From NCBI GenBank assembly GCA_964106645.2, contig OZ067039.1: DNA of 64,000 bases; one strand, 5' to 3'. Source of the DNA: Podarcis pityusensis (taxonomy: Eukaryota). The notes below the pieces were generated by a model. That model searched no databases. It saw nothing but the letters and a program-made list of their open reading frames with translations, and was not told the DNA's origin. Positions 41,198-52,214 of this stretch are shown here, in pieces. Made by a program: the position numbers and the translations under genes. Numbering within the stretch: the stretch's first letter is position 1; the number at the start of each line of letters is the position of its first letter.

Positions 41198-41439
41198 GTA
41201 TGCTTGTGAATTTCCAATTTTGGTATTTTGTTTCAAGCATTTTCACAGGGCATACTGATTGACCTTGGTCTAAAATGTGCACACTATTAGTTTATTACCA
41301 TTTTTGTATTATTACAAGGTGTTCTGTGACTTGTAACCTTGAAGTGTTACTGAGGAGCCAGTTTTAAAATATGTTGGCGATTACACAAGCCTAGGTATTA
41401 AATGAGAAAGATTCAAGTGCTGACTGGTGTTTCTTTCAG

Positions 41440-41623
41440 TGCTGACTGGACTATTGAAGGACTGCTTCACAAATGGGAAATGGAAAGCATCTGTGTGCCC
41501 TTGCAATCCTTTGAGGCCAACAAGGAACAACTGGCAGGCTCTACTCTTCCGGGGAGACATACTATTGAAATGCTGATCCTCACAACAAATAAAGCAACCA
41601 AGTTGGATCCTGTTACTGTTTAA
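41440..41623 (+). CDS. METTL23: METTL23 last coding exon
   Basis: Acceptor ttctttcag|T; ADWTIEGLLHKWEMESICVPLQSFEANKEQLAGSTLPGRHTIEMLIL...VTV then TAA. Total from 35980 is 720 nt = 239 aa plus stop. Confidence 0.95.
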
Positions 41624-41651
41624 AAGAGAAGTTTGCTTTGATGTGTTTTAA

Positions 41652-41657
41652 AATAAA
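41652..41657 (+). terminator. Candidate METTL23 polyadenylation signal AATAAA
   Basis: AATAAA about 30 nt after the stop codon. Confidence 0.6.
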
Positions 41658-41738
41658 AGTTATTTACCTCTAACACATTTGGGTTGGATATACTAGCAAG
41701 CTGTACATTCAGCCAGTTTACAATAGATGCTGTTTAAA

Positions 41739-41874
41739 CAGGCATGGCCAAACTTGGCCCTCCAGATGTTTTGGGACTACGATTCCCATCATCCCGGACC
41801 ACTGGTCCTGTTAGCTAGGGATGATGGGAGTTGTAGTCCCAAAACATCTGAAGGGCCACATTTGGCCATCCCTG
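41739..41874. mobile_element. Palindromic squamate MITE (CAGG...CCTG ends, gggactacaactcccatcatccc core)
   Basis: About 57-bp near-perfect inverted arms around a short loop; degenerate relatives near 5089-5185, 13620-13750, 28150-28240, 40015-40080, 40690-40770 and 48915-49030. Confidence 0.8.
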
Positions 41875-42382
41875 GTCTTAAGTAAATGGAGTTATGTGGC
41901 ACCATGAGGTGGTGCTTTTCCTTGCATTTCAAGGGTTCCCCCTAGTAGTCTTCTCCCGACATTCAGCAGTGAAGTAGCAGTTGCCCCCAACATAGCTGTC
42001 AATGTACACAGCATGTTTTAAGTTTTAGTGCAGCCATTCTCACATTAAGATAGCATATTCTGCTTAGTCAGTTTAGTTTCCTACTTCATGTATCTACTAC
42101 CCAGAAAACACCTCCAATGACTTATGTGCAATATTCCCATCTGTGTGCTCTACTATATACTGTGTACTGTAGAGGTACATTATTGACTCCTATCCTGCAA
42201 ATCTGGAACAATTCATACAAATTTCAAAGGAAAAGTACTCCAAATGTGATTTGTTATATATAAATGAAGGTTAATACACATTAGCTACTGTTCTGAAATA
42301 GGACGACAGATTTTGTTCGCTTCTAACATACAAAGCAGAGTCAGGATATAAGAGTTCAAAAAACTGAACACCAAGTAAGTGT

Positions 42383-42388
42383 TTTATT
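42383..42388 (-). terminator. SRSF2 polyadenylation signal AATAAA
   Basis: Minus-strand context tgtagtttAATAAAacacttacttggtgttcagttttt, followed by GU/U-rich sequence. Confidence 0.75.
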
Positions 42389-42544
42389 AAACTACAGACA
42401 CAGTGGTTATAGTATAGAATGTTGTAAGAGATACTCCAAATCAGTACTTACAGAGGAATGAATCAAATGCTTTTAACATTACATTTGTTTATATCCAAGT
42501 TCACATATGTAGATGGTCTAATTTACCATTCTGGAAAAAAATAA

Positions 42545-42835
42545 NNNNNNNNNNNNNNNNNNNNNNNNNNNNNNNNNNNNNNNNNNNNNNNNNNNNNNNN
42601 NNNNNNNNNNNNNNNNNNNNNNNNNNNNNNNNNNNNNNNNNNNNNNNNNNNNNNNNNNNNNNNNNNNNNNNNNNNNNNNNNNNNNNNNNNNNNNNNNNNN
42701 NNNNNNNNNNNNNNNNNNNNNNNNNNNNNNNNNNNNNNNNNNNNNNNNNNNNNNNNNNNNNNNNNNNNNNNNNNNNNNNNNNNNNNNNNNNNNNNNNNNN
42801 NNNNNNNNNNNNNNNNNNNNNNNNNNNNNNNNNNN
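42545..42835. other. N-tract, 291 nt, inside the SRSF2 3'UTR
   Basis: Direct reading. Confidence 0.99.
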
Positions 42836-43361
42836 ACAAATTGTTCAAAATAATTGTCAGCTGTAAAGTTTAACGTTTGACTTGTAGATACTATTTCAAC
42901 GAAGTATTTGCAAATGCATTTGAATTAAAAATTTCAGAATTTGATACTAAAGGCAAAAATTGAGCATGTGGACAGCATTAAGCTATTCAGCATATCACAG
43001 CTGCATAGATCTTTAATAAACTTGAGGAAGCAAGTTAGTTATCACTTTTATTTGCAAAATCAGCACTACATGAACAAAAATGAAAATTTTACCTCACATA
43101 TCCAAGCCAATAATGAAATCTGTAGTCGTTCACTTCACTAAATTACAAGAAATTTGAATAATAGCAACAAAATGGCACATAAATGTAAAAGTCTGCCATT
43201 TGAGGCTCAAAAGTAAAGTAAAAGTTAGACAAAGTGTTACAAAATAACCTTTTCAACAGCTGGTTGGTTGTGCCGGGATCTCTCCAATGGACTGGCGATT
43301 CTAACGATCGTACTTCCTCCAAGGCTTCCTTTATGTAGGTTTCTCATGTTTTTGACGTTAT

Positions 43362-44325
43362 CTAGGTTTGAAAAAGGTATAGTTCAGCAAGGTACCCCTT
43401 TGTATGTCCTCCATATTTTATGGATGCTCTCAGATTCCTAGTAATACTGGCCTTGTCTCACTGTTTTAGAAATGTGCAATGCCCACCTCCCACCATGATA
43501 CTGGATACTAATGTAGACAGCATGAGAATTTTTTGATACTGTTGAATCTCCATTATTGATGTTACATAGTGTCGGGCTAAGATTGAAGTACCCTTAACCT
43601 GAATCCAGCCCAATTCACATTAGGCATTAGTTCTTATTCAAAACCTTGAAGAATCATTAAATAGTTGTGTAACTTAACAATTCTAGGCCCACTTCCGTTG
43701 AAAAAACAGGACCAAACAATTTGAGGGAGGTTAAAGACACACTATCCATTTTCCCCACCCTACATATCCTTAGAAGCCCACAATCGTACTTTAGATAAAA
43801 CTGATTTCCATTAGCTCTTGCAATTCACCTTCCACTTTTAAAAATATTGGATGCCGTTCAGCATTGTAAACACAGGACTGATTGGTCATTAANNNNNNNN
43901 NNNNNNNNNNNNNNNNNNNNNNNNNNNNNNNNNNNNNNNNNNNNNNNNNNNNNNNNNNNNNNNNNNNNNNNNNNNNNNNNNNNNNNNNNNNNNNNNNNNN
44001 NNNNNNNNNNNNNNNNNNNNNNNNCCGCAGCTTTAAAGGGGAAAATGCAGATGTTGGGTAAGAACAGTAAGAAATAGTCATTTCAGAAATAGGTTGCGTC
44101 TCAAACAATAGATATTAAAAAGCAAGCTATTAATTGCAACAAAACACATATAGTCTCTGTAAAAAATTGCATTTTATTTTATTAGCCATAAGCTAAAATG
44201 CCCTCCTCAGAAACGAACATGCCCCATTAGGATTTACTCACGCTAGAATCCTGTCTCAAGAACCCAATACCCACTAGAGTGCTACAATACAGCATGCAAA
44301 TACAGTAGGCCGCCAGACACGTTAC
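43362..44325 (-). other. SRSF2: SRSF2 3'UTR intron beginning 7 nt after the stop codon; contains the cassette-exon acceptor at 44031/44030
   Basis: Donor TAAGAATATG|GTAACG; distal acceptor cctttttcaaacctag|A at 43362/43361; internal acceptor ctgcattttcccctttaaag|CTGCGG. All resemble the recalled mammalian SRSF2 3'UTR. Confidence 0.8.
43893..44024. other. N-tract, 132 nt, covering the expected SRSF2 cassette exon
   Basis: Direct reading; starts 6 nt after the cassette acceptor on the minus strand. Confidence 0.99.
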
Positions 44326-44332
44326 CATATTC

Positions 44333-44636
44333 TTAAGATGACACAGCTCCTTCTTCTTCGGGAGACTTAGGAGGGCTCTTAGAACGGGACCTCGACTTCG
44401 ATTCCCTCTTTGAAACAGGCGGGGGGCTTCTTGATCTGGACCTGGACCTCGATCGGGAGCGAGATCTGGAGGCAGAAGAGGACTTGGACTTCGATCTTCT
44501 GGCAGACCTGGACTTGGAAGTGGAACGAGACCGGGATCGTGTGCGGGATCTGGACTTGGAGCGGCTGTACCGCGATCTGCTTCGGGACCTGGAGCGGCTC
44601 CTGCTTCGGGACCGGCTGCGACGTCGTCTTCTAGGA
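44333..44636 (-). CDS. SRSF2: SRSF2 coding exon 2, RS domain
   Basis: Acceptor ctctccgcag|T; [15 protein letters not shown]...[11 protein letters not shown] then TAA; 304 nt; total 666 nt = 221 aa plus stop. Confidence 0.98.
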
Positions 44637-46330
44637 CTGCGGAGAGCGGGCGGGTTAGAGGAAGGATTGAGAAGGGAGAAAAAGGGCGGATTGAATAACG
44701 GCTAGAAACTCACAATGCTGTTTCCCGGCCAGATCTCGTTTATGACGCCTAAAGGGGAAAACTCCGCGTCGCCCATTCGATCCCTCGCCCTCGGGGATCA
44801 CGTGGCCCAGCTATTTTCCCGCCGACCTGAGCCAAAGCGATCCGCAAAGAACACAGGCCTTTCGTTTGCCACCTCAAGTTACTCGCAACAATCACTCCCT
44901 TTACCTTCACACGCCAAAGATCCCACTTTCCATACACCCCTCCACCAGCCCAGCCTTGGCCTCCGGAGCAGCCGCGGGGCCTTCTCTCCCCCCCCTCACT
45001 CACCTCCTGCTCCGACGTCCGTAGCCTCCGCTGCCGTACCGGCGCGGAGGGGGCCCCCGGCGGCTGTGGTGGGAATCGGGCGGCCGCCCGTAGCGGGCCA
45101 TCTGGACGCGCAGTTCCCGCCCGTCGAGCACGGCCCCATCCATAGCGTCCATGGCGTCCTCCGCGTCGCGCTTGTCGTGGAAGCGCACGAAGGCGAAGCC
45201 GCGGCTCTCTTTGGTGTAGCGGTCGCGGGGGATGTAGACGTCCCCGACGCGGCCGTACTTCTCGAAGACGCGCCGCAGCGTGTCCGGGGAGGTGCGGTAA
45301 GTCAGGTTGTCTACCTTCAGCGAGGTCATGCCTTCCACGTCCGGCGGCGGCCGCCCGTAACTCATAGCAGCGGGAGGGGAAAGGGGGGAAAGGGAAGGGA
45401 GGAGGGGGTGACGCCGGAGAAGCGGAGCGGTGACGGGGGTGGGAGGGGGAAGAAGGCGCGTGACGAGAGGGCTGGGAGTGAGGAGTAGCGGCCGAAGGCC
45501 TCTTCCGTTGGGGCTGCAGGTGTCGGGACCTGCGGTCGGGTCTCAAGCGCGCGGACAGGGCCTCATTCGCTCACCACCATCTCCGCGCAGCCACGAGCAA
45601 ATGAGCGAGGTGCCGCCCTTCCCCGAGCACTTAAGCGCCACAAAATGGCCGCCTGTGACCCGGAAGCAAACCGCGAGACCACCCTCCCCCCTCCTACTCC
45701 CAGAGCTGGGTCGATTCAAATTAAAAATCCGTTTTCGTTTTCCCAACCGAAAAAGTCATGGAAACGCGCTGGCGGCGCAACTGGGCCGTCAAGGGAGATA
45801 CTGTAAACTTAATTACAGGGTTTTGGACGCTCAGGCGCCGTTAGGTTTGAAACCCCGGAAGAGATTACACACACACGTATTATACATAAATGTCTGTTCC
45901 TGAGGACTATGCAATGTTTTTAAATTTGCTGAATCAAATATGAAAACATGTTCTTTAAGATTTTGTTTATTACAAGTTGCGCGGGTTTATTTCTTTTTAA
46001 GCGTTCAAATAGCGCTTGTCGAAAAAGAGGAAGTATTGGATTCAAAATGGCGGCTAAGGGAGAGCGGAAACTGATCTTTAGGGAGCGCGCGCGCGAAATC
46101 TGTAGTACACACGTAGCGTGCACGAGAGCCTTGGACGGTTTAAGGATGTGAGGCGGAGCGATGATGTCCTTCCTGCCGCAGTGAAGAGGCGCGAACTAGG
46201 GTTGAGGGCGTGGCTACCTTTTGCCCCGCCCATTGCTATTAGTGCCGAGTTAGGTGGAGGAGATGTTGATAGGAGCCGTGGTCGGGGGGGGGGGGGGTGG
46301 AATCAGAAAATAATAGCCCGGCCGTGTCTT
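44380..46330. promoter_or_regulatory. CpG island over the SRSF2 coding exons and the bidirectional SRSF2/MFSD11 promoter
   Basis: High CpG; YY1-type motifs CAAAATGGCCGCC (45641-45653) and CAAAATGGCGGC (46043-46054); CCGGAAG ETS sites near 45660 and 45855; GCGCGCGCGCGAAA near 46085. Confidence 0.85.
45004..45365 (-). CDS. SRSF2: SRSF2 (SC35) coding exon 1, RRM
   Basis: [62 protein letters not shown]...[12 protein letters not shown]; donor GAG|GTGAGT; 362 nt. Confidence 0.99.
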
Positions 46331-46761
46331 TTATCAAAAGCAATCATGACACCATAAAGCAAGCTTTTTGCTAAGGGGACTGCAGATTACAACTGGTGCA
46401 TTAGTGAATGTGAACAGCAAAAAAAGTAAAAGTTTGGCATTTTAAAAAACAATAGACCTGTGTTACTGTATTTTGTTCTATGGAGGTTTATAGCCATTAT
46501 TACAACCTAACCTACCAAACTCTGTTCTGTACAAAAGTATTACAATGAAGTAAACAGATTTAAAGACAGGTTAATTAGTAGTGCTCCCAAATGGAATATC
46601 TTTTTATTGGGGCAATGCACTAGTGAGTTAATAAGGCACCCCTTTTGGGTTTGGCTATGAACAAAAATAGTGTTTGGCTACTTGATTCCACAAGTGAAAT
46701 GTTTAGCTGACAAAATTCTGAAATATTAGAGGTCATCACTCTGATTTATGAAATGATGGTA

Positions 46762-47113
46762 AGGTAAAGGTAAAGGGACCCCTGACCATTAGGTCCATTC
46801 GTGACTGACTCTGGGGTTGCGGTGCTCATCTCGCTTTACTGGCCAAGGGAGCTGGCGTAGAGCTTCCAGGTCATGTGGCCAGCATGACTAAGCCGCTTCT
46901 GGCAAACCAGAGCAGCGCACGGAAACGTTTACCTTCCCGCCGGAGCGGTACCTATTTATCTACTTGCACTTTGACATGCTTTCGAACTGCTAGGTTGGCA
47001 GGAGCAGGGATCGAGCAACGGGAGCTCACCCCATCGCAGGGATTCGAACCACCGACCTTCTGATCGGCAAGTCCTAGGCTCTGTGGTTTAACCCACAGTG
47101 CCACCCGCATCCC
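46762..47113 (-). mobile_element. Full-length Sauria SINE
   Basis: Minus strand: tRNA-like head (gggatgcgggtggcactgtgg...ggttcgaatccc B box) and (ACCTTT)n tail; 13-bp TSD tgaaatgatggta / tgaaatcatggta (46749-46761, 47114-47126). Confidence 0.92.
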
Positions 47114-48106
47114 TGAAATCATGGTAGAAGCATCTAAAAACAATGCCTCCCAACCTTTTTATACACCAGCAATATCTTGCCCACATTCCAAACATACCCC
47201 TGAACCAGAATGTATCACCACCTAATCTGTTGTGCCTCATTGTCACCAAAAAGCTGCATGGGAATGTGTAACAGTTAATTAAAAAAGTGGTTTCCTTGTG
47301 TGATGGAAGAATAAAGTAATAGAAATTATTACTGTGTTAACAGTACACGTTATAGCCGAGTAATTCACATTCTAGTACAGTATGGAGAAAGTAAATTAAA
47401 CACTGACACACATAACTTGAATGCCCAATTAAGTAAATGATACTTAGATATCTTACCTCTTTTTACCACTCATTGAGATTATATAAATATATGAAGCAGA
47501 AATGAATGTTTTTTAAAGGGAGTCAACAATTCCTCATTAAATGTATCATTTAAATAACCAAGCAAGTCCTTTGCATGCTTGCCTTTTCTGTGTTGACTAA
47601 GAATGGAACATTCAGAACTGCATTTCCCAGAATTCATCAGGGCTTTCTTCCTTTTGGTCAGCTGACCTGACTTCTGTACTGCTCTTTAGTTCCTGTCCAG
47701 CATGAACTGAATGCTCTCTTCAGGAGTTCCCTTTGTCACCACGTGATTTAAAGTCTCTGGGCCAAAAACTGACTCAGAAGATATGATGAGGAAGTAAAAT
47801 GTCAAAGAAGATCAGCTGGGGCAGAATGCTTCATCTTTTGGGAGAGCTTGCTGTTGTTCACTGTGTGAAAGGTAGTATTTTCATTCCTGTTGCTTGGAGA
47901 TTTTTCTCTGCTATTATTTTGCTTAGCTACAGTTGTACATGATTTCCCTTCATTTGTCAGAATATATCTGTCGATGCCACAGTCAGTTTTACATATGCGC
48001 TTATTGTGGTATTTGTGTTGTCTTGACAGAATTTTTTTAAAAAGAAGCTTAAAGGGTAGTGACCCTGCCCCAACTTCAGCCGGAAAGCTTTTTGAGGAAA
48101 CACAAA

Positions 48107-48202
48107 ATGAATCCTGAGACAAAAAAACTGTTGAACATCATTGTTCTAGGAACAGCCTTTATGTTTATGTTCACTGCTTTCCAAACATGTGGGAATGTTG
48201 CG
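48107..48202 (+). CDS. MFSD11: MFSD11 (UNC93-like MFS transporter) coding exon 1
   Basis: MNPETKKLLNIIVLGTAFMFMFTAFQTCGNVA; donor GCG|GTAAGT; upstream acceptor ttgacag| at 48029/48030. Confidence 0.95.
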
Positions 48203-49838
48203 GTAAGTGAAAATCTAAGCCTACCCCTTCCTACCTTCCCCTGAATGCATCCCTTTCCTTTCTTCATGGTGCTTCAGTCTGGTTATATTGTTTTGGGGCT
48301 TCAAGCACATGTAATGTGATAACTCTAGTTTTGTTTCTTCTAATCTCTCTAGATTTAGAAATATTTCTGAAGCTATCTAGTGCTTTTAGAGAACACAGAA
48401 AATGATTAGGGCTGGAATCCTAACCTCATTGCCTGCAAGGATAATAGATCTCAATGAGCTTCCAAGTGAAAAACCATGTGATTCCCCACACTGTCCTGTG
48501 TAGCATTCAGATGATCTTTCAGAACGTAATGCTGAGGCATAATAATCTTTACTCTGTCTCTGTGTGTGTTCGTGTCTGTGTGAATGCAAGGCAGAATAAT
48601 CACCAATTCTATAGCTCTGCCAGGACTGATATATACCCCCCCCCCCAATATTCCAGGAGCATCCCAGAGGCTTGGGATTCATCCCAACATTCCTCTCCAA
48701 ACACCACTGGGGAGGAGCCATGTTAGTGGCCTTTTTAGTGGGAACCAGGGGAATGGTTCTGGGGGTGGATGCCCCCCTCTGAGGATGGACCTCTCTCTTT
48801 GGCCAAGGAAAGGAAGATCTGCAAATTTCTATGGCCCTGGGACACCCTCCCATGGACTGTAGGATTGTATTCTTAACTGCCAGCACTTGCACATCTCTTT
48901 TATAGAGAGAAACCCATGCCTCTCTAGATGTTGTTGGAGCACAGTTCCTATCATCCCTGACTATTAGCTATGCTGAGGCTAATGGGAGAAGGATTCTAAC
49001 AACATTAGGAGGTTACCATGTTGCCCATCCCTTTGTGTGAAATTCCGCTTTTTATCACTCCACCTCGCCCCAATCCCATGCATGAGGTTTCCTGGGTGTA
49101 AGGGGTAGAATTCAATGTAGCGCTAATGAAGCATACATACACACAATATGGTCCAGTCTCACAACAAGACACCCCCCATGTGCCCCCTAAACCAGTTCTG
49201 GGCTTTCATCCAACCCTCCAGAGCAGATTTTGGGCGGGCTGGCAGGCATTTGGGGGGAGGATGGAGGAAATTCCTGTTGTTCAATAAGATCTTGTTCCAT
49301 GCATGCAACATCAATCCTGTCCTCAATAAGCAGGAGTGTGAGAGAGTTATTCCCTTCCTAGTTCCCTGTGGATTATACGTAATCAAGGACACTTCCCACT
49401 CATCAGCTAGAATGTTCCATTGTAATCTCATTAGTGTTACCTGTTCAAATGTAGGTTTCAGAATATCTGTTTGTTAAAGTAATGTGCAGTTTTGTCTTCA
49501 GGAGAAGGGGAGAGAAAAACACTCAGGGAGCTCAGAAAACCGATGTGCAAAACTCTTAACTTACTCAGGCTATCAACTTTCGTTTGCATCCTTGCTTTCT
49601 GTTTTTGCAACATTAGTGATTATGAAAACCTGTGTTCACGTGCTGAATGAGTCAGTGAAAATGAGTATTACAATAGCAACTACCTAATTCAAGGTGTTGC
49701 TTTGAAGTTTAATAAGTGTTTTAATTGCTCTTACTCTGTAGTTTGATTTCTAGTTCTGTTAGGTATCTCAAGTATTTATTATTTTAAAAAATCTTTAGAT
49801 ACCATATTTTAATTTTTTTAAAAATTCTTTCTGTACAG

Positions 49839-49894
49839 CAAACTGTTATCACAAATTTAAATCACACTGATTTCCATGGCAGTGGCTATACAAG
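49839..49894 (+). CDS. MFSD11: MFSD11 coding exon 2
   Basis: ctgtacag|CAA; QTVITNLNHTDFHGSGYTS; AAG|GTACTC; 56 nt. Confidence 0.94.
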
Positions 49895-50530
49895 GTACTC
49901 TTTTTGTTGCTTTTGAGTCGCACTATGTACTGGGTTCAGACATAATGGAAAACAATCATTCTCCCTATCAATACCCTGAGTTCCTCCTTTTTTATTTGGA
50001 GGTCCCAAACAGAGTTTCAGAGCTAAGCATTTCAAGCTAAACAGCTAATACAATGTGTCGGAATGCTAGTCCCCATCTGCAAAGCAGTGGAAAAAGTGCA
50101 TGAAGAAAACTAGCCTTGCACCGAAGTGTCAAAAAATAGAAACCCCTCCATTTTGTCCCCTTATGTGCATGCCTCTCTTGTGGGGGAAGGGGGTGGGGGT
50201 GAGAAGGCAAGCCAGTGTCTAACTCGATATTTTCCCTGTCCATTTCACTCACTCATAAGGAGTTATGTAAATAAATTGGTGATATCCTGCAAAGCAAACT
50301 CTGCTCGTTACACAGAAGTTATCTGTCTCTTCCAAAGTTGAAAGTCCTTAACAAAGAATGTGTTATAAACACCCAGAAAAAAGTAAGGATTAGCCTCTGG
50401 ATAAGAAGTTACAATGTGCTAACAGCATTTCAGCTTAAGATACAAATTATACATTCCTAGTTATTTTCATATCATAGTGTGAGGTAATTGCTAAAAGACA
50501 GTAACTCTAAATTATGTAAAAATGCATATA

Positions 50531-50754
50531 CAGTGGTACCTCAGTTTAAGAACAGCCCTGTTTATGAACTATTCGGTTTACAAACTCTGCAAAACCAGAA
50601 GCAATGTCCTGGTTTGCGAACTTTAACTCGGTCTACGAACGGAAGCCGAATGGTGGAAGGGCACCAGTGGCGGGAGGCCTCATTAGGGAAAGCGCGCCTC
50701 GGTTTATGAACGGACTTCCAGAATGGATTACGTTTGTAAACTGAGGTACAACTG
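50531..50754. mobile_element. Related TA-flanked MITE in an MFSD11 intron
   Basis: TA|CAGTGGTACCTCAGTTTA ... TAAACTGAGGTACAACTG|TA. Confidence 0.88.
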
Positions 50755-51528
50755 TATCTGCTTGTTTTGTGAAATGTATTCTGTTTCCATGATTGAGCTC
50801 TCCCAATTTATAATGTTTTGATGCAAACCATGGAAGGGAAGAACAATGAAAATGGCTAAAATAATAATTGGCATCCTTTGACTACTAATGGCTAAATCAT
50901 TGGATATGTGTGAATACAACTTCCTACATGTCCTGTTTTGTGTTGTTTTTGTAGAGGGACCTAAAAATTGATTGGACTGGACCTGATTCCTTTTGAAAAT
51001 CACCCTCAAGATCTGCTATTAACCAAGGATTCCCCTCCTTTTGTGTTGTGAGGTCCAACTCCTGCCTCCCACATGACTGCTTTTATCAAAAATGAAAAGA
51101 TGTCGTGTTTGGCCTAGTTCTGAGCCAGATTTCCTGTTACATTGCAGATCTATGAAGGCATACAGTCCTGTGTGACATTAATTGATAGATACAGTTGAGG
51201 AAGGCAAATAATGGCCAAACTGGACATTACATAACTGACCACACTAAACCTCCTGATGTATATTCTGATCCAGTTCACACTAAATACATTACTTCTGGTA
51301 AATGAGCCACCATAGATACTAGAGGGCCATGAAAATTTGTGTCCCGGGCTTTTTAGACTCATCTACCCATGTACTGTCTGAAACCAAAGTGGCACATTGG
51401 TTGCCATATGTGAAATAAGTTGGCATTATTTTCATCTCTCCTACCCCACTATTAATACATTTAAAAATTCTGAAATGACATTGAACGATATCCTAATATT
51501 TATTAATAATTAGTGTTACTTTCCGCAG

Positions 51529-51636
51529 CATGGCTGTTATTTATGGGGTGTTTTCGGCATCCAATCTTATCTCGCCTTCGGTGGTTGCCATCATAGGACC
51601 ACAATTGTCCATGTTTGTTAGTGGTATCTTTTACAG
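51529..51636 (+). CDS. MFSD11: MFSD11 coding exon 3
   Basis: ttccgcag|C; MAVIYGVFSASNLISPSVVAIIGPQLSMFVSGIFY; CAG|GTAAGT; 108 nt. Confidence 0.95.
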
Positions 51637-52134
51637 GTAAGTCAAAATATGTAAGTCCTTGATGTTTCCTTCTGGCTGTCTACCTTTTATTCATCTACCT
51701 TTGGAAGGCTTATTGTTCTCATGTGCAGCATCAGCAGGTGAGGAACTGAGGAACATGAGATAGTGGTTAGTGTGTTGACTTTGGACACAGGATGTACAAG
51801 TTAAAATCCCTGTACAACCATGAATCTCACTTGGAAGCCCTGATCAAGTCATCTTCTCACAGCTTAAATCAACCTCTTGGGGTTGCTGTGAGGCTAATAT
51901 TTTAAACTGAGCTTCTTGGAGCGGAGTACAGTGTAAGAAAATAGTGGTTGTTAGATTGCATGATTGAAACAGCATATCATGATGTGCTTTAGTGATATGT
52001 AAAACTTTCAGATATATTGAGCTGCAGTATTTTTTGCAGTTGGAGTAAGAAATTGACTTTAATATAATATAAACTATTGCAGTTGTAGCATCAGCAATTT
52101 TAAAACTGAATCCCATACATTGCCATCTTTTCAG

Positions 52135-52214
52135 CATATATATTGCCGTTTTTATCCAGCCTTCTACTTGGAGCTTCTACACAGCCTCTGTTTTCCTTGG
52201 AATAGCAGCTGCTG
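52135..52214 (+). CDS. MFSD11: MFSD11 coding exon 4
   Basis: cttttcag|C; IYIAVFIQPSTWSFYTASVFLGIAAA; CTG|GTAAGC; 80 nt. Confidence 0.95.

Larger units (their letters stand above)
42360..43361 (-). other. SRSF2: SRSF2 3'UTR terminal exon with conserved blocks and a probable alternatively retained intron (donor at 43249/43248)
   Basis: gttgaaaag|gttattttgtaac and the block gccattttgttgctattattcaaatttcttgtaatttagtgaagtgaacgac resemble the recalled mammalian UTR. Partly covered by Ns. Confidence 0.7.

Noticed and set aside
44637-45003. Intronic microRNA in SRSF2 intron 1 (human miR-636 maps to this gene)
   Set aside because: No hairpin or matching sequence that I can support here.
44410-45903. 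Long ORFs 44484-44705, 44715-45488, 44749-45546 and 45430-45903
   Set aside because: Antisense or alternate-frame shadows of SRSF2; the DLDLER repeats are the RS domain read on the opposite strand.
47030-47113. tRNA-like sequence with a GGTTCGAATCC box
   Set aside because: It is the head of the Sauria SINE (body, tail and TSD present), not a tRNA gene.
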